Shown in pieces: positions 45,736 through 57,479 of a stretch of 64,000 bases of DNA. Below the pieces are notes generated by a model. That model ran no database searches and had not been told where the DNA came from. It saw only the letters and a list, made by a program, of their open reading frames with translations. This DNA comes from Felis catus (lineage: Eukaryota): the NCBI RefSeq assembly GCF_018350175.1, contig NC_058383.1, positions 1,488,001 through 1,552,000 of the forward strand. Direction: 5' to 3'. The position numbers and the translations under genes are program-made. The first letter of the stretch is position 1. Each line of letters begins with the position of its first letter.

Positions 45736-48213
45736 ATGGCCGGGTGCCGGTGGGGCGCGCTGTGGGCGTGCGTGGCGGCCGCCACCCTGCTGCACGCGGG
45801 CGGGCTGGCCCACGGCGACTGCTGGCTGATCGAGGGCGACAAGGGCTTCGTGTGGCTGGCCATCTGCAGCCAGAACCAGCCGCCGTACGAGGCCATCCCG
45901 CAGCAGATCAACAACACCATCGTGGACCTGCGGCTGAACGAGAACCGCATCCGCAGCGTGCAGTACGCCTCGCTGAGCCGCTTCGGCAACCTCACGTACC
46001 TCAACCTCACCAAGAACGAGATCGCCTACATCGAGGACGGCGCCTTCTCGGGCCAGTTCAACCTGCAGGTGCTGCAGCTGGGCTACAACCGCCTGCGCAA
46101 CCTGACGGAGGGCGTGCTGCGCGGCCTGGGCAAGCTGGAGTACCTGTACCTGCAGGCCAACCTCATCGAGGTGGTCACGCCCAGCGCCTTCTGGGAGTGC
46201 CCCAACATCGTCAACATCGACCTGTCCATGAACCGCATCCAGCGGCTCCACGGCGCCACCTTCGCGGGCCTGGCCAAGCTGTCCGTGTGCGAGCTGTACA
46301 GCAACCCCTTCTACTGCTCGTGCGAGCTCCTGGGCTTCCTGCGCTGGCTGGCGGCCTTCACCAACGCCACGCACGCCTACGACCGCATGCAGTGCGAGTC
46401 GCCACCGCTCTACTCCGGCTACTTCCTCCTGGGCCAGGGCCGCCACGGCCACCGCAGCATCCTGGGCAAGCTGCAGTCCGTGTGCACCGACGGCTCCTAC
46501 GTGGCCGAGCCCCACCCGCCGCCGGGCCGGCCGCCGCCCGGCCGCTCCCCGCCCCCGCCGCCGCCCCCGCCGCCGCCCCCGGAGCCCAGCGAGGCCCCGT
46601 GCGCCGACGACGAGTGCTTCTCCGGCGACGGCACCACGCCGCTGGTGGCCCTGCCCACGCTGGCCCCCCAGGCCGAGGGCCGGCCCCTCATGAAGGTCAA
46701 GCAGCTGACGCAGAACTCGGCCACCATCACGGTGCAGCTGCCCAGCCCGTTCACCCGCATGTACACGCTGGAGCACTTCAACAACAGCCGCTCGTCCACC
46801 GTGTCCAGGCTGACCAAGCCCCGGGAGGAGATCCGCCTCACCAACCTGTACACGCTCACCAACTACACCTACTGCGTGGTGTCCACCAGCTCCGGGCTGC
46901 ACCACAACCACACCTGCCTCACCATCTGCCTGCCCAGGCCGCCCAGCCCGCCGGGCCCCGTGCCCAGCCCGTCCACGGCCACGCACTACATCATGACCAT
47001 CCTGGGCTGCCTGTTCGGCATGGTGCTGGTGCTCGGCGCCGTCTACTACTGCCTGCGCAGGCGGAGGCGGCAGGAAGAGAAGCACAAGAAGGCGGCCGCG
47101 GCCGGCGGCCTCAAGAAGACCATCATCGAGCTCAAGTACGGGCCCGAGATGGAGGCGCCCGGCCTGGCCCCGCTGTCCCAGGGCCCGCTGCTGGGCCCCG
47201 AGGCCGTGACCCGCATCCCGTACCTGCCGGCGGCCGCCAGCGAGGTGGAGCAGTACGAGCTGGCCGAGGGCGGCGGCACGCCCAAGGCCGGCAAGGGCAA
47301 CTACATGGAGGTGCGCGCGGGCGAGCAGGCCGAGCGCAGGGACGGCGAGCTGGGCCGGCCCGGCCCCGACAGCCAGAGCTCCGTGGCCGAGATCTCCACC
47401 ATCGCCAAGGAGGTGGACAAGGTCAACCAGATCATCAACAACTGCATCGACGCGCTCAAGTCCGAGGCCACCTCCTTCCAGGGCGGCAAGTCCGGGGCCG
47501 CGGCCGCCGCCGAGCCGCAGCTGATGCTGCTGTCCGAGCCCCTGGCCGCCAAGCACGGCTTCCTGTCCCCCGTCTACAAGGACGCCTTCGGCCACGGCCT
47601 GCAGCGGCACCACAGCGTGGAGGCGGCCACCGGGCCCCCGCGCGCCGGCCCCGCGTCCGGCGGCCCCGCGCGCAGCCCGCGGGCCTTCCGCGCCGAGGCC
47701 CCCGGCGGGCACAAGGCCGCGGCCGCCGAGGCCAAGTACATCGAGAAGAGCTCCCCCGCGCCCGACACCATCCTCACTGTGACGCCCGCGGCCGCTGTGC
47801 TGCGGGCCGAGGCCGAGAAGGGCCGCCACTACGGCGAGCACCGGCACTCGTACCCCGGCTCCCACCCCGCCGAGCCGCCCGCGCCCCCCGCGCCCCCGCC
47901 ACACGAGAGCCTGGGCGGCCGCAAGGCGTCCATCCTGGAGCCGCTGACCCGGCCGCGGCCCCGCGACCTGGCCTACTCGCAGCTGTCCCCGCAGTACCAC
48001 AACCTGAGCTACTCCTCCAGCCCCGAGTACGCCTGCAGGGCCTCCCAGAGCATCTGGGAGCGCTTCAGACTCAGCCGCAGGCGCCACAAGGACCACGAGG
48101 AGTTCGTGGCGGCCGGCCACGCCCTGCGCAAGAAGGTTCAGTTCGCCAAAGACGAGGATCTACACGACATCCTGGACTACTGGAAGGGCGTGTCGGCCCA
48201 GCACAAGTCCTGA
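45736..48213 (+). CDS. ELFN1: Extracellular leucine-rich repeat and fibronectin type III domain-containing protein 1 (ELFN1/PPP1R28), 825 aa, single coding exon
   Basis: Signal peptide then DCWLIEGDKGFVWLAICSQNQPPYEAIP; LRRs (LRLNENRI, LNLTKNEI, LQLGYNRL, LYLQANLI, IDLSMNRI); LRRCT NPFYCSC; Pro-rich linker; FN3; TM YIMTILGCLFGMVLVLGAVYYCL; C-terminal RKKVQFAKDEDLHDILDYWKGVSAQHKS. The N-terminus MAG..WGALW, Pro linker and SAQHKS end favour ELFN1 over ELFN2. Strong GC3 codon bias. Confidence 0.97.
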   Translation: MAGCRWGALWACVAAATLLHAGGLAHGDCWLIEGDKGFVWLAICSQNQPPYEAIPQQINNTIVDLRLNENRIRSVQYASLSRFGNLTYLNLTKNEIAYIEDGAFSGQFNLQVLQLGYNRLRNLTEGVLRGLGKLEYLYLQANLIEVVTPSAFWECPNIVNIDLSMNRIQRLHGATFAGLAKLSVCELYSNPFYCSCELLGFLRWLAAFTNATHAYDRMQCESPPLYSGYFLLGQGRHGHRSILGKLQSVCTDGSYVAEPHPPPGRPPPGRSPPPPPPPPPPPEPSEAPCADDECFSGDGTTPLVALPTLAPQAEGRPLMKVKQLTQNSATITVQLPSPFTRMYTLEHFNNSRSSTVSRLTKPREEIRLTNLYTLTNYTYCVVSTSSGLHHNHTCLTICLPRPPSPPGPVPSPSTATHYIMTILGCLFGMVLVLGAVYYCLRRRRRQEEKHKKAAAAGGLKKTIIELKYGPEMEAPGLAPLSQGPLLGPEAVTRIPYLPAAASEVEQYELAEGGGTPKAGKGNYMEVRAGEQAERRDGELGRPGPDSQSSVAEISTIAKEVDKVNQIINNCIDALKSEATSFQGGKSGAAAAAEPQLMLLSEPLAAKHGFLSPVYKDAFGHGLQRHHSVEAATGPPRAGPASGGPARSPRAFRAEAPGGHKAAAAEAKYIEKSSPAPDTILTVTPAAAVLRAEAEKGRHYGEHRHSYPGSHPAEPPAPPAPPPHESLGGRKASILEPLTRPRPRDLAYSQLSPQYHNLSYSSSPEYACRASQSIWERFRLSRRRHKDHEEFVAAGHALRKKVQFAKDEDLHDILDYWKGVSAQHKS

Positions 48214-48950
48214 GCCCGCGGCCGCGCCCGCCCCGCCCCCAGCCCGAAACGCGCGCGACGCCCAGGGGACCAAGGAGGACACAGGACCCACCGCAGCCAT
48301 TTGTAACCCAGAGACTGCCACAAAACGCCACACACCCGCACACACACAGACACACACACAGACACGCACACACAGACACGCACACGAGGGACTTCCGAAA
48401 ACTGTGTCTGGGCGTGGGGGTGGGGGAGGGGAATCTTTTTTCATTATCTTTCCTCTTGGATTCTTCTCTGCCGCCTTTATCTTCCTCTCTGTCTTTATTT
48501 TCTTCCTTTTTTAAGAAAAAATAATAAAAGTAAAGTTCTCTTAAAAAGACATAAAACACCAGACGTGGGGGTGTGGCCGGCGTGGCCTCCCGGCTCCCCC
48601 CTCCCCCTGCCACGATTGCCTCTGTCTGTGGTTTGCTGTGCATTCTCTCCTCGGTCTGTCTCTTGGCTGCTGACTCCGGAGGCCACCAGAGAGAGGCAGA
48701 GCCAACGCAGGCGGCCGGGTGGCCTCCAGGACCCCCGCCCGGAGCCCTGCAGGGGAGGCTGTGGGGAGGGCCTTGCCCCGGCGACAGCTGTCGGGGGTGG
48801 CTGGAAGGGGCGTGGTCCATGAGCATGTGCTCCGGCCCGTCCCCCCTGTATGCTGTCATCCCGTTGTTCAGAAAAATATTTCTATATTTGCAACGTTTGC
48901 TGTAAATCGAGAAAGAGACTATATCTACTAAAAAAAAAAAAAAAAAAATT
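48214..48950 (+). other. ELFN1: ELFN1 3'UTR (end uncertain) with a CA-rich tract, AATAAA and a genomic A19 run
   Basis: CA/CAGA-rich tract about 48328-48385; AATAAA 48523-48528; A-run 48930-48948 followed by GT/T-rich sequence. Confidence 0.6.
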
Positions 48951-49949
48951 CTACAAAGGGAAAACCCAAATACTTGTACTGGGTTTTTACTATGGGACTT
49001 AGGGAGGGATCTGGGTTTTTTTTTAATGTGCTATTTAGGGTGGTTTTATCGGGTTGGGTTGGGGCTGGGTTATTTACAGGTAGGGTCACCACGGAGCCCT
49101 CTTCCCAGGACAGCAGGAGTGGGCTGTCGTGAGCATGGGTGGGGGGGGCTCACAAGAACCCTGGGAGAGGTGAGCAGTCCACCCCGGGCTGGAGGACGTG
49201 CAGAGGCGGGTGAACGGTGGCTTGTGTCTGGTGCGTGCACCCAAGTGCGCACAGGCCGCAAGCCGCGTGGGTGTGAGTGGGCAGCCAGGGACGGGGGCCT
49301 GTGTGGGTTTGCGGGTGAGTCAGAGTCGAGGCGAGCCAGCCTCGGAGCCCCACAGCCGGACGCACGGACGGGTACCTTGCTCACCCTGCTGTGCTCCCAC
49401 ATTCGGAGCCAGGGAGCACTTTGCATGTGTGAACCGCGCGGTTCGCACTCTCCAGAGAAGACTGGATCCTGACGCCCCGCCCCCAGAAAGCCCCTCCCCG
49501 TGGCTGGTGCCAGTATCCTTATCACAAGGTCGCAGGCTCCCCCTTGCCACGTCTGGGCCCTTGCGCCCAGCACCAGCCGGGGTCCAGCAAAGCCACCTTC
49601 TCCCAGGGGAGCCGGTGGGGGGGGCCCGGGGTGCTGCGGGGAAGGGGCGTCTCGCTCTGGCCCCTCCCTCCCTCTCACAGCTCCGGGGCCGGTCCTCCTG
49701 CACACGCACGCACGCACGTGTCCCCACCACCGCTGGCCTGCCACCCCAGGCCCTCCTCCCTACGGCCCACACCCTACTCCCGGGGCAAACCTGTTCCCCG
49801 TCTGTATTTCTGGCAAAGACCCAGTAAGACACTGGCGGGGGCGGGGGAGGTGCTGGGACTGGATCCCAGAGAGCAGAGTGACGGAGGCAGGTTTTCGGGA
49901 TCCGGCAGGTCAGCAGGAAAGGACTCAGGGCTGGGCACAGCCCTAAGAC

Positions 49950-50025
49950 CAGTAGCCTCTGCTTGAGCACCTCCAGTGACAGGGAGCTCACCCCTTCCTC
50001 AGGAGCTGTTTCCAGCTTTAGGCAC
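49950..50025. mobile_element. CR1/L3 relic
   Basis: GCCTCTGCTTGAGCACCTCCAGTGACAGGGAGCTCACC matches the conserved CR1/L3 string; a similar relic lies near 32455-32495. Confidence 0.55.
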
Positions 50026-53000
50026 CTCCCTGAGACGGCAGGGAAGCCAGTGCCGGCCCCCAGGGCCCAGCTGACTCCCAGGCCCCAGCAGCCTCGCAGC
50101 GCCGCGCACAGGGCCGGTCTGCCCCCAGCTAGTCCTCACCTCTGTGCTCCCCCCCACCAGGCCTCACCTCTGTGCTCCCCAACTACATGAAGGTTCTGGG
50201 TAGGAGGCTCCGCATGGGGCAACCTGGGTGGGCTTTGACTGCCCCTCCCCCCGACTGAGCCCCTCCCAAGTCGGTCATCTCCTTGCTCTCTGCCGTGGGG
50301 TCCTGGGAGGACAGCACGGGGGAAGCCCGGTGGCCGGCGAGAGAGGCAGCAGGGGCAGGAAGGGGGGGCACCCAGAGAGGGGACACAGTAACACAGGGCA
50401 GTCCTGGCCAGGGGACAGAAGTGGGGCCAGGCTCCTCAGCCTGCTGCTCCCTGTCACTGAGGAGATAAAATTGGCTATTTATAGGAAATCAAAGGACAAC
50501 AGACACAGGACAGAGGCGCCTGCCCTGGGTAGGCAGGCCGGGTGTGTGAGAGGGACGCGTCACTGCCAGGGGCGCTGCCACCAAAGCAAGGGTCCAAGGG
50601 GAGGGGAGGGACCTGGAGAGGCACACACAATGGTGGAGGGGGGCGGGGCATCCCGAGCAGCCAAGAATGTTCCAGAAGCCCCGACCCTCCCAGGAACAGC
50701 CAGGGCTGGACAGAGGTGGCTCCGTGCCCGACGCCAGGCCAGTCCCAAAACGCAGGTGCGTGGGTCACCATGCCCTCGCTTGAAAGAGGTCATAGCGGAG
50801 TTGATGAGGGTAGACGGCACAGGAGAAGACACACCGATTAGGCACCTAACGTGTGCGGGCGGCACTCTCGCACCATCGGAGCCCAGAGACAGATCCAACA
50901 CTGCCCCCACCCTTGAGGAGCTCACGGCCGTCAGGGCACCCGACGCGGAGGCAGGTGGCCCAGCTCAGCCCAGGAGGCCCAAGGGAGGATGGGGACCCCG
51001 CATGGGAAGAACCTGGAAGGCTGCCTGGAAGGGGTGATGTTTGGTCTGGATAAGGGAACCACAGTGAGGAGGGGGGTGGAGGCTCCGAAGTCAAGAGGTC
51101 AGCATCCTCGTGGGCTCAGGACTGAGCTCCGAGCCCGGGATGAAGATGTGCAAGGTAAGCCCTGCCCCGTGGCCGGGGTCGGTGCTCAGGCTCCCGGAGG
51201 CGGCCTCGAAGTGTAGTGCCCATCAGGTGATGGGGCTTGAAGGCCAAGAGCGTCGGCTCACACCCAGCTTCTGCCCTTCACGACCCTGTGACCACAGCAA
51301 GTAGGTGACCTCTCTGCGTCTCAGCAGGGTGCCGACACTGGGTCACCGGGAAGGTCAAATGGCACGTGGGGCCATCGCGCCATTGGCACGATAACGCTGC
51401 ATCGCCAACGGCCACGTCGCGCTATTGCTCACACACCTGGGTGGCCGGCAAGGTGGCTCTGCCGATCCCGGTCAGCCCACCCGCGTGTCTGGGGGTAGCT
51501 GGTGGGGACAGGGTGGCAGGTGATACGGACACGGGGAGGCGTGAAGAATTAGGCCCATCTGAGAATAGAGGCCAAGTGCGCGGCCACGCGGCACAGAGAG
51601 CAGCCCGTCCAGGACAGGTGATCCTGAGGCTTCATTCATTCTTCCCTTCAGTATGCAATTACGGAGCACCTACTGTGTACCGACACGCCAGACACATCGA
51701 GACGTGTCCCCTCCTTGGAGAATGAGTCATTCGCAGTCCCAACAGGAAAGAGGCGACGCCCCAAAATAGAGTAATCCAAGGGGCGTGCCTACAAAGGGGC
51801 CATTTCCAAGAGAGGGTGTAAGGACCCACAAGGGACAGCAAAGCGGGCAACACATGGTGGCCCCTGGGATGAGGAGGGGCTGTACGGACACCCGCCACGG
51901 CCTGGAGAGGGGCCTCCAGTGGAGGGACCTCCAGCCTGAGGTGACTCCATAGGAGGGAGCTGGGGCACGTGTGCCGACCCCACACTCCTCCCTTCCCCTG
52001 CGGGGCTCCTCCTCGGCCGAATGGCCAGAAAACCCGATGCAGAGAGCCCAGGGACAAAGTCCATACACGTCAGCCCATGGAGGGGGCAGGGACAGGAGGG
52101 TATAGCAGAGACGTGGGGAAGGAGGGGGGCAAAGGGAGAGGTGGCCACTGACCCACCAGTCCAGACGCAGTCCAGTGCGCAGTGATAAGACACTAGGGGA
52201 GCACAGGGAAGGGGACTATCACTGCCCTCGCGATGGGGGAGACTTCTCAGGAAGGTCAAAACCTGCAAGGACAAACAGAAGGTGGGAGGAAAGGAACCCC
52301 GCCCCGAGGGGCACGTAGGTGCAGCTGGAGGTCAGAAGCTGGGGCAGTGTGGGGCTGGGGGCTGCTGGGACCAATGAGGGACCAATGAGGTCAGCTAAGC
52401 CAGGCTCTGGTGACCCACCTTACGGCCTTAAAGCGATTAGAGTCAGGCTGTGGGCAGTGGGGGACCGTTGGTGGCATTTGATAGAATAACAACCTGTGTT
52501 GATCCTTTTCTTATCTCGAAAATAATCCTTTCGTTACATAAACTTTAGAAAACGGTTCATCATAAAGAAGAAAAGAGCAATCATTCCATCTCACCACCCC
52601 AGGAAAAGCTATGGTTAACATTTTGGTATCTGCCTTTCTAGTCCCTCTACAAACGCAGCAGGCTCGGGGTTTATAGGCTATCGTCAATTGTGCAAAGAAT
52701 CTCCTTGTTTTCTGTAGCAACGTACCTCCCTCTGGAGCCTCTGTTCTCCCTGCGGGGGTAAAGGATGTGATGCATAGAGATGGGAGCCATGACAGACTGT
52801 TTGTGGGATCCAGTGGAGAAGACTGATGATGCATGGGACGGAGAGGGGGGTCGCCAGAACATGGTTGGGGAAGAAGGGTTAAGGTTTGTTGCTTGAGGGG
52901 GCGGACGGTTTTCGCTAGCACCACGGACAGTTCACCCACCAGCCAGGGAGAGAGGACAGCGTCTGGGAATGAGGCAGGTACAGAGGCAAAATACGGGACT

Positions 53001-53099
53001 GGGGGGTGGGGGGGCTCGAGGGAGTTCTCCTTGATCACCACACCCTTCTCAGCACCTCTTCTCACCCCACGGCACTGCCTATTCGTTCTACTCTTCGGG

Positions 53100-55248
53100 A
53101 GGTTTTTTGATTTCCAATTTTTAAAATTTGAAATAATTATAGGGTCACAGGAAATAGTACGTAGCTGCCCAGCTCCCCAAGCCACCCACTCGGTGCTAAG
53201 ACCTGACTGTAGTACAGCATCGAGACCAGGAAGATGTTGCGTCCACGGGTCCAGGTACGGTCACCAGGCTACAGACCTCGTTCAGCCCCCACCAGCTTTC
53301 ACATGCCCTCGTGCGCGGGTGTGGTCTGTAAATGTATCCCGTGGGTGTGGATCTGTGTTCTCACCACCACAGTCAAGATACAGAACGACTCCTGCAGCTG
53401 TCTCCCGTGCCTCCAACTCTGTCCCTGTCCCCTGGCAACGCTAATCTGTTCACCTCTGTCACTTTTAGAATGTTATGTAAGTGGGATCATGCACTATGTA
53501 ACCTTTGGATATTGGTTCTTTCACTGAGCAAAGGTTTTTGAGATCCGTCCTGGCTCATGTATGTATTTGTTATGTTCCTTTTTATTGCTGAGTAGTATTC
53601 CACTGTATAGATGATCTGCAACATTTGTTTGACCATTCACCTACTGAAGGACATTTGGGTTGTTTCCAATTTGAGGCTGCTACAAATAAAGCTGCTGTGA
53701 AAATCTGCACACGGGTTTTGGTGTGAAGTGAAATTTTCATTTCTCTGGCATAAATGCTCGGGAGTGCGATTGCCAGGCTGTGTGTGGTCACGTGCATGGT
53801 TCCTGTAAGGAACTGCTCACCTGTTTCCAGAGTGGCTGTACCATTTTACATTCCCCTTTTAGATGCCCAAGATATAATTTCTCCACATCCTCGCCAACGG
53901 TTAGTGTTATTGCCAATTTTTTATTTTGGTTGTTGTAACAGTATATAGTGAGATCTCACTGTAGTTTTTATTTATACTTCCCCAATGCCCAATGTTGTCA
54001 AACATCTTCTCACATCCTTGTTTGCCAGCAGTATCTCTTCTTTGAAGAAATACTTCAACTTCTATCCGTTTTATGAATTTTTTTATTTTGACTGTTGAAT
54101 TTTGAGAGTTCTTTACACTTTCTAGATACAATACCTTTGTCAAATATGTGGTTTGCAAACATTTTCTCCCCATCTATAGTGTGTGTTTTCCTTAACAAGG
54201 TCTTCCATAATGCAAAAGTTTTAAATTCGTTGAAGTGTCATTTATTAATCTTTTTTTATGTCATATTTAAGAATTCTTGCCTGGCCCTAGTCCTGAAAAT
54301 GTTCTCTACATTTTCTTTTAGAAGATTTATAGTTTCACTTTTTACGTTTAAACCCAGAGCCTATTTTGAATTAAGTTATATAAGATCCTTTGTTGTTGCT
54401 TTTTTGTCTATGGACGTCCAAGTGCTCTCATGCTATTTGTTGGAAAGACCATCATGCTTCCTTCAGATGGCTTTTGCCCCTTAATAAAAATTAAGCAGGT
54501 GTACTGTGTAGGTCTCTTGGTGGGCTCTCCATTCTATCCTGTTGATGAACGTGTTTATCCCTCCACCGGCACCACCCTGTTTCAATTGCTGCAGATGTAT
54601 AGTAAATCTTGACACTGAATACAGTGACTCCTCCCACTTTACTCTTTGTTTCCAAAATTGTTTTAGCTCTTCTAATTTCTTTGCCTTTCCATATAAATTT
54701 TAGAATCAGCTTATTTAAATCTATAAAAAAATCTTACTGGGATGTTAATAGAAATTGAGAGAAACCTATAAATTCAGGGAGAATGGACATCACTCTTATG
54801 TTGACTCTCCCAATTCATGAACATGGTATGCCGTTCCAATTCTTTGAATACCCTTTAGTTTTTTTTTTATCATTATTTTGTAATTTTCAGCATACAGATT
54901 CTGCACATGTATTGTTGGATGTATACCTTTTTAGAAATTATGAATGGTGCTGTGTTTTAAATTTCAGCTTCCACACATTCATCGCTATATAGTGATGTGA
55001 TTGATTTTTGTGTTCATCTTGTTCATTGCAACTTTGCTGACTTCACTTTCAGTATTGTCTCTTTTTGGGTCTGATTATTTTTCCTTTCTCTAAAGCCTAC
55101 ATTATATAGTATTAATATACCCATGCCTTCATGTTGAAAGTTAATGGGTGAATGGTATATCTTTTATCATTCTTTCACTTTCAACGTATCCATATAGTTA
55201 CGTTTGAAGTGGGTTTCCTGTAGGTAGCATACAGTTGGGTAGTTAGGT

Positions 55249-55297
<49 letters not shown>

Positions 55298-56030
55298 AAT
55301 CCACTCTTTCAATCTCTATCTTTTAATTGATTTATTAAATCCATTTACCTTTAAAGTAATTATAGATGTGTTAGGGCTTAAGGCTGACATTTTATTATTT
55401 ATCTTCTGATTATTCTTTATTTTTTTGTGTTTTTTTCCTGTTTCCTGTGTCTTGCCCACCTGTGGGTTACTTTAACCTTTATAATTTTATGTTTTCAATC
55501 TATAGTGTTTTTGAGTGTATCTCACTATATAGTTCTTTCAGTGGTAGCTAACACTCTAACTCTCCATATTACAACACACTGATGTAACTTACCACAGTCT
55601 CCTGGTAACAATATGCTATCACTTCCAGTGAAGTGTAGAAAACTTACTTTCATCTAGGCCCTTTATCTACCCTCTTCTTTTAAAGTATAATTGTCTTAGG
55701 TATTTCCTCTACAAACATTAAGCACTGTATCATTGCATTATTTTTTCTAACTTCCTGAAGTTTCAAGCCTCCTTCTGTTACAAATTTCCTTCTGTTTGGA
55801 GAACTTCCTTAGCAGCTACTCAAAGGTAAGTCTGCTAGTGACAAATTATCCTGGTGTTCCTTCATCTGAGAATGTCTTTATTTCCTCTGAATTCCTGAAA
55901 GACATTTTTGCTGGACATGGGATTCAGAGGTGGCACACTTTCTTTCAACGTTGGAAAAATGCTACCTTCTGGCCTTCCTGGTTTTAGATGAGAAATCTGC
56001 TGTTATTCCAAGTATTATTTCTCTGCAACA
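53100..56030 (-). mobile_element. Old L1 fragments (3'UTR/ORF2 end, then ORF1-region pieces)
   Basis: Minus ORFs 53582-53797 (IFTAALFVAASNWKQPKCPSVGEW) and 53907-54173 resemble the L1 ORF2 C-terminus; GATGAGAAATCTGCTG near 55987 is from the ORF1 region. Confidence 0.85.
55255..55293. repeat. (GT)n microsatellite
   Basis: About 19 GT units. Confidence 0.95.
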
Positions 56031-56569
56031 GCAAGTGGCCCAACATTCCCATTAGGGTGCTCCCAGACGGAGAAGAGAGAGAAAAAGGGGGCAGAAATAA
56101 TGGCTGAAAACATCCTAAGCCAGGTAAGGAAACAGACGTCAGATTGAAGAGTCTGAAAAAGTTTAAAACAAGATGGACCAAAGAGGCCCACATCAAGACA
56201 CATTATATAGTCAAGGTGTCAGAAGTTAAAAACAAGGAGAGAATCTTTAAAGCCGCAACAGAAAGACAACTATGTAGGAAGGAGTCTTCAGCAGAAATTC
56301 TGCAGGCCAGAAGGGAGTGGCATCATATATTCAAAGTACTGAAATGAAAAAAGGCTCTACCCAAGAATATTCTATTCAGCAAAGTTGTCATTCAGAATTG
56401 AAGGAGAAAAAAGAGTTTTCCAGGCAAGCAAAAGCTAAAAGAATTCATCACCAGTGGACCAGTCTTACAAGAAATGTTGAGGGGCTTTTAAAAACTGAAA
56501 CAAGAGAGTGCTAATTACTAACAGGAAAACATGAAAGTACAAATCTCAAAATTCAGAATTAATCTAATT

Positions 56570-56784
56570 AAAAAAAAATTTTTTTTAATGTTTCTTTTCT
56601 TTTGAGAGAGAGACTAAGAGCATGAGCAGGGGAGGGGCAGAGAGAGGGAGACACAGCATCCGAACCAGGCTCCAGGCTCGGAGCTGTCAGCACAGAGCCC
56701 AACGTGGGGCTCGAACTCGTGAACTGCGAGATCATGACCTGAGCTGAACTCAGATGCTTAACTGACTGAGCCACCCAGGTGCCC
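56570..56784 (-). mobile_element. Can-SINE inside L1 with 16-bp TSD
   Basis: CAGAATTAATCTAATT at 56554-56569 and 56785-56800. Confidence 0.97.
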
Positions 56785-57283
56785 CAGAATTAATCTAATT
56801 TTGTGAAGGTAGTGGGTTAATCACTTATAAAACTGGTATGAAGGGTAAAAGACAAAAGTAAAGGATATACACAATAATTTATTAAGGGATACACAATATA
56901 AAAAGATGTAAATTGTGATATCAAACACATAAAAATATTGGGGCAAGTAAAAATGTAGGGCTGTAGAAAGCATTCACACTTAACGTTGTGATCGACTTAA
57001 AATAGACTGCTATAAATATGTCATTTTATGTATTCCTCATGGTAACCACAGAGCAAAAACCTATAGTAGATACACAAAAGGAAAAGAAGAAGGGATGTAA
57101 ATGTAAAACTACAAGAAATCATCAGATCACAAAGGAAGGGAGCAAGAGAAGATAGGAACAGAGGAACTACGAAACAGAAAACAATTAACAAAATAGCAAT
57201 AAGTACACACCTATCAGTACTTACTTTAAATGTCAATGGACTAAATTTTCCAATAAAAAGGCACAGAGTAGCTGAATGGATTT

Positions 57284-57284
<1 letters not shown>

Positions 57285-57314
<30 letters not shown>
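57285..57314. repeat. (AAC)n microsatellite within L1
   Basis: ACAACAACAACAACAACGACAACAACAACAA. Confidence 0.85.
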
Positions 57315-57479
57315 AGACCCATCTACACACCGCCTACAGAAGACTCACTTCAGACGTAAGGACACATAGAGACTAAAAGTGAAGGAATGGAAAAAGATAT
57401 TCCATGCAATGGAAACAAAAAGAAAGCTGGGGTAGCTACAACTCATATCAGACAAATAGACTTTAAAACAAAGACTGTA

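Noticed and set aside
45319..48120. 933-aa antisense ORF as a separate gene
   Set aside because: It shadows the ELFN1 codons exactly, has low-complexity G/A/L/V/R composition and no recognisable domain, and is explained by GC3 bias.
45744..48524. 926-aa alternative-frame sense ORF as a real protein
   Set aside because: GTG start, Arg/Pro/Gly/Ala-rich, and stop depletion follows from the rarity of T at ELFN1 third positions.
48930..48948. Poly-A tail implying ELFN1 here is a processed retrocopy
   Set aside because: The ELFN1 CDS is natively single-exon, the ORF is intact, an upstream splice acceptor is present and no TSDs are visible.
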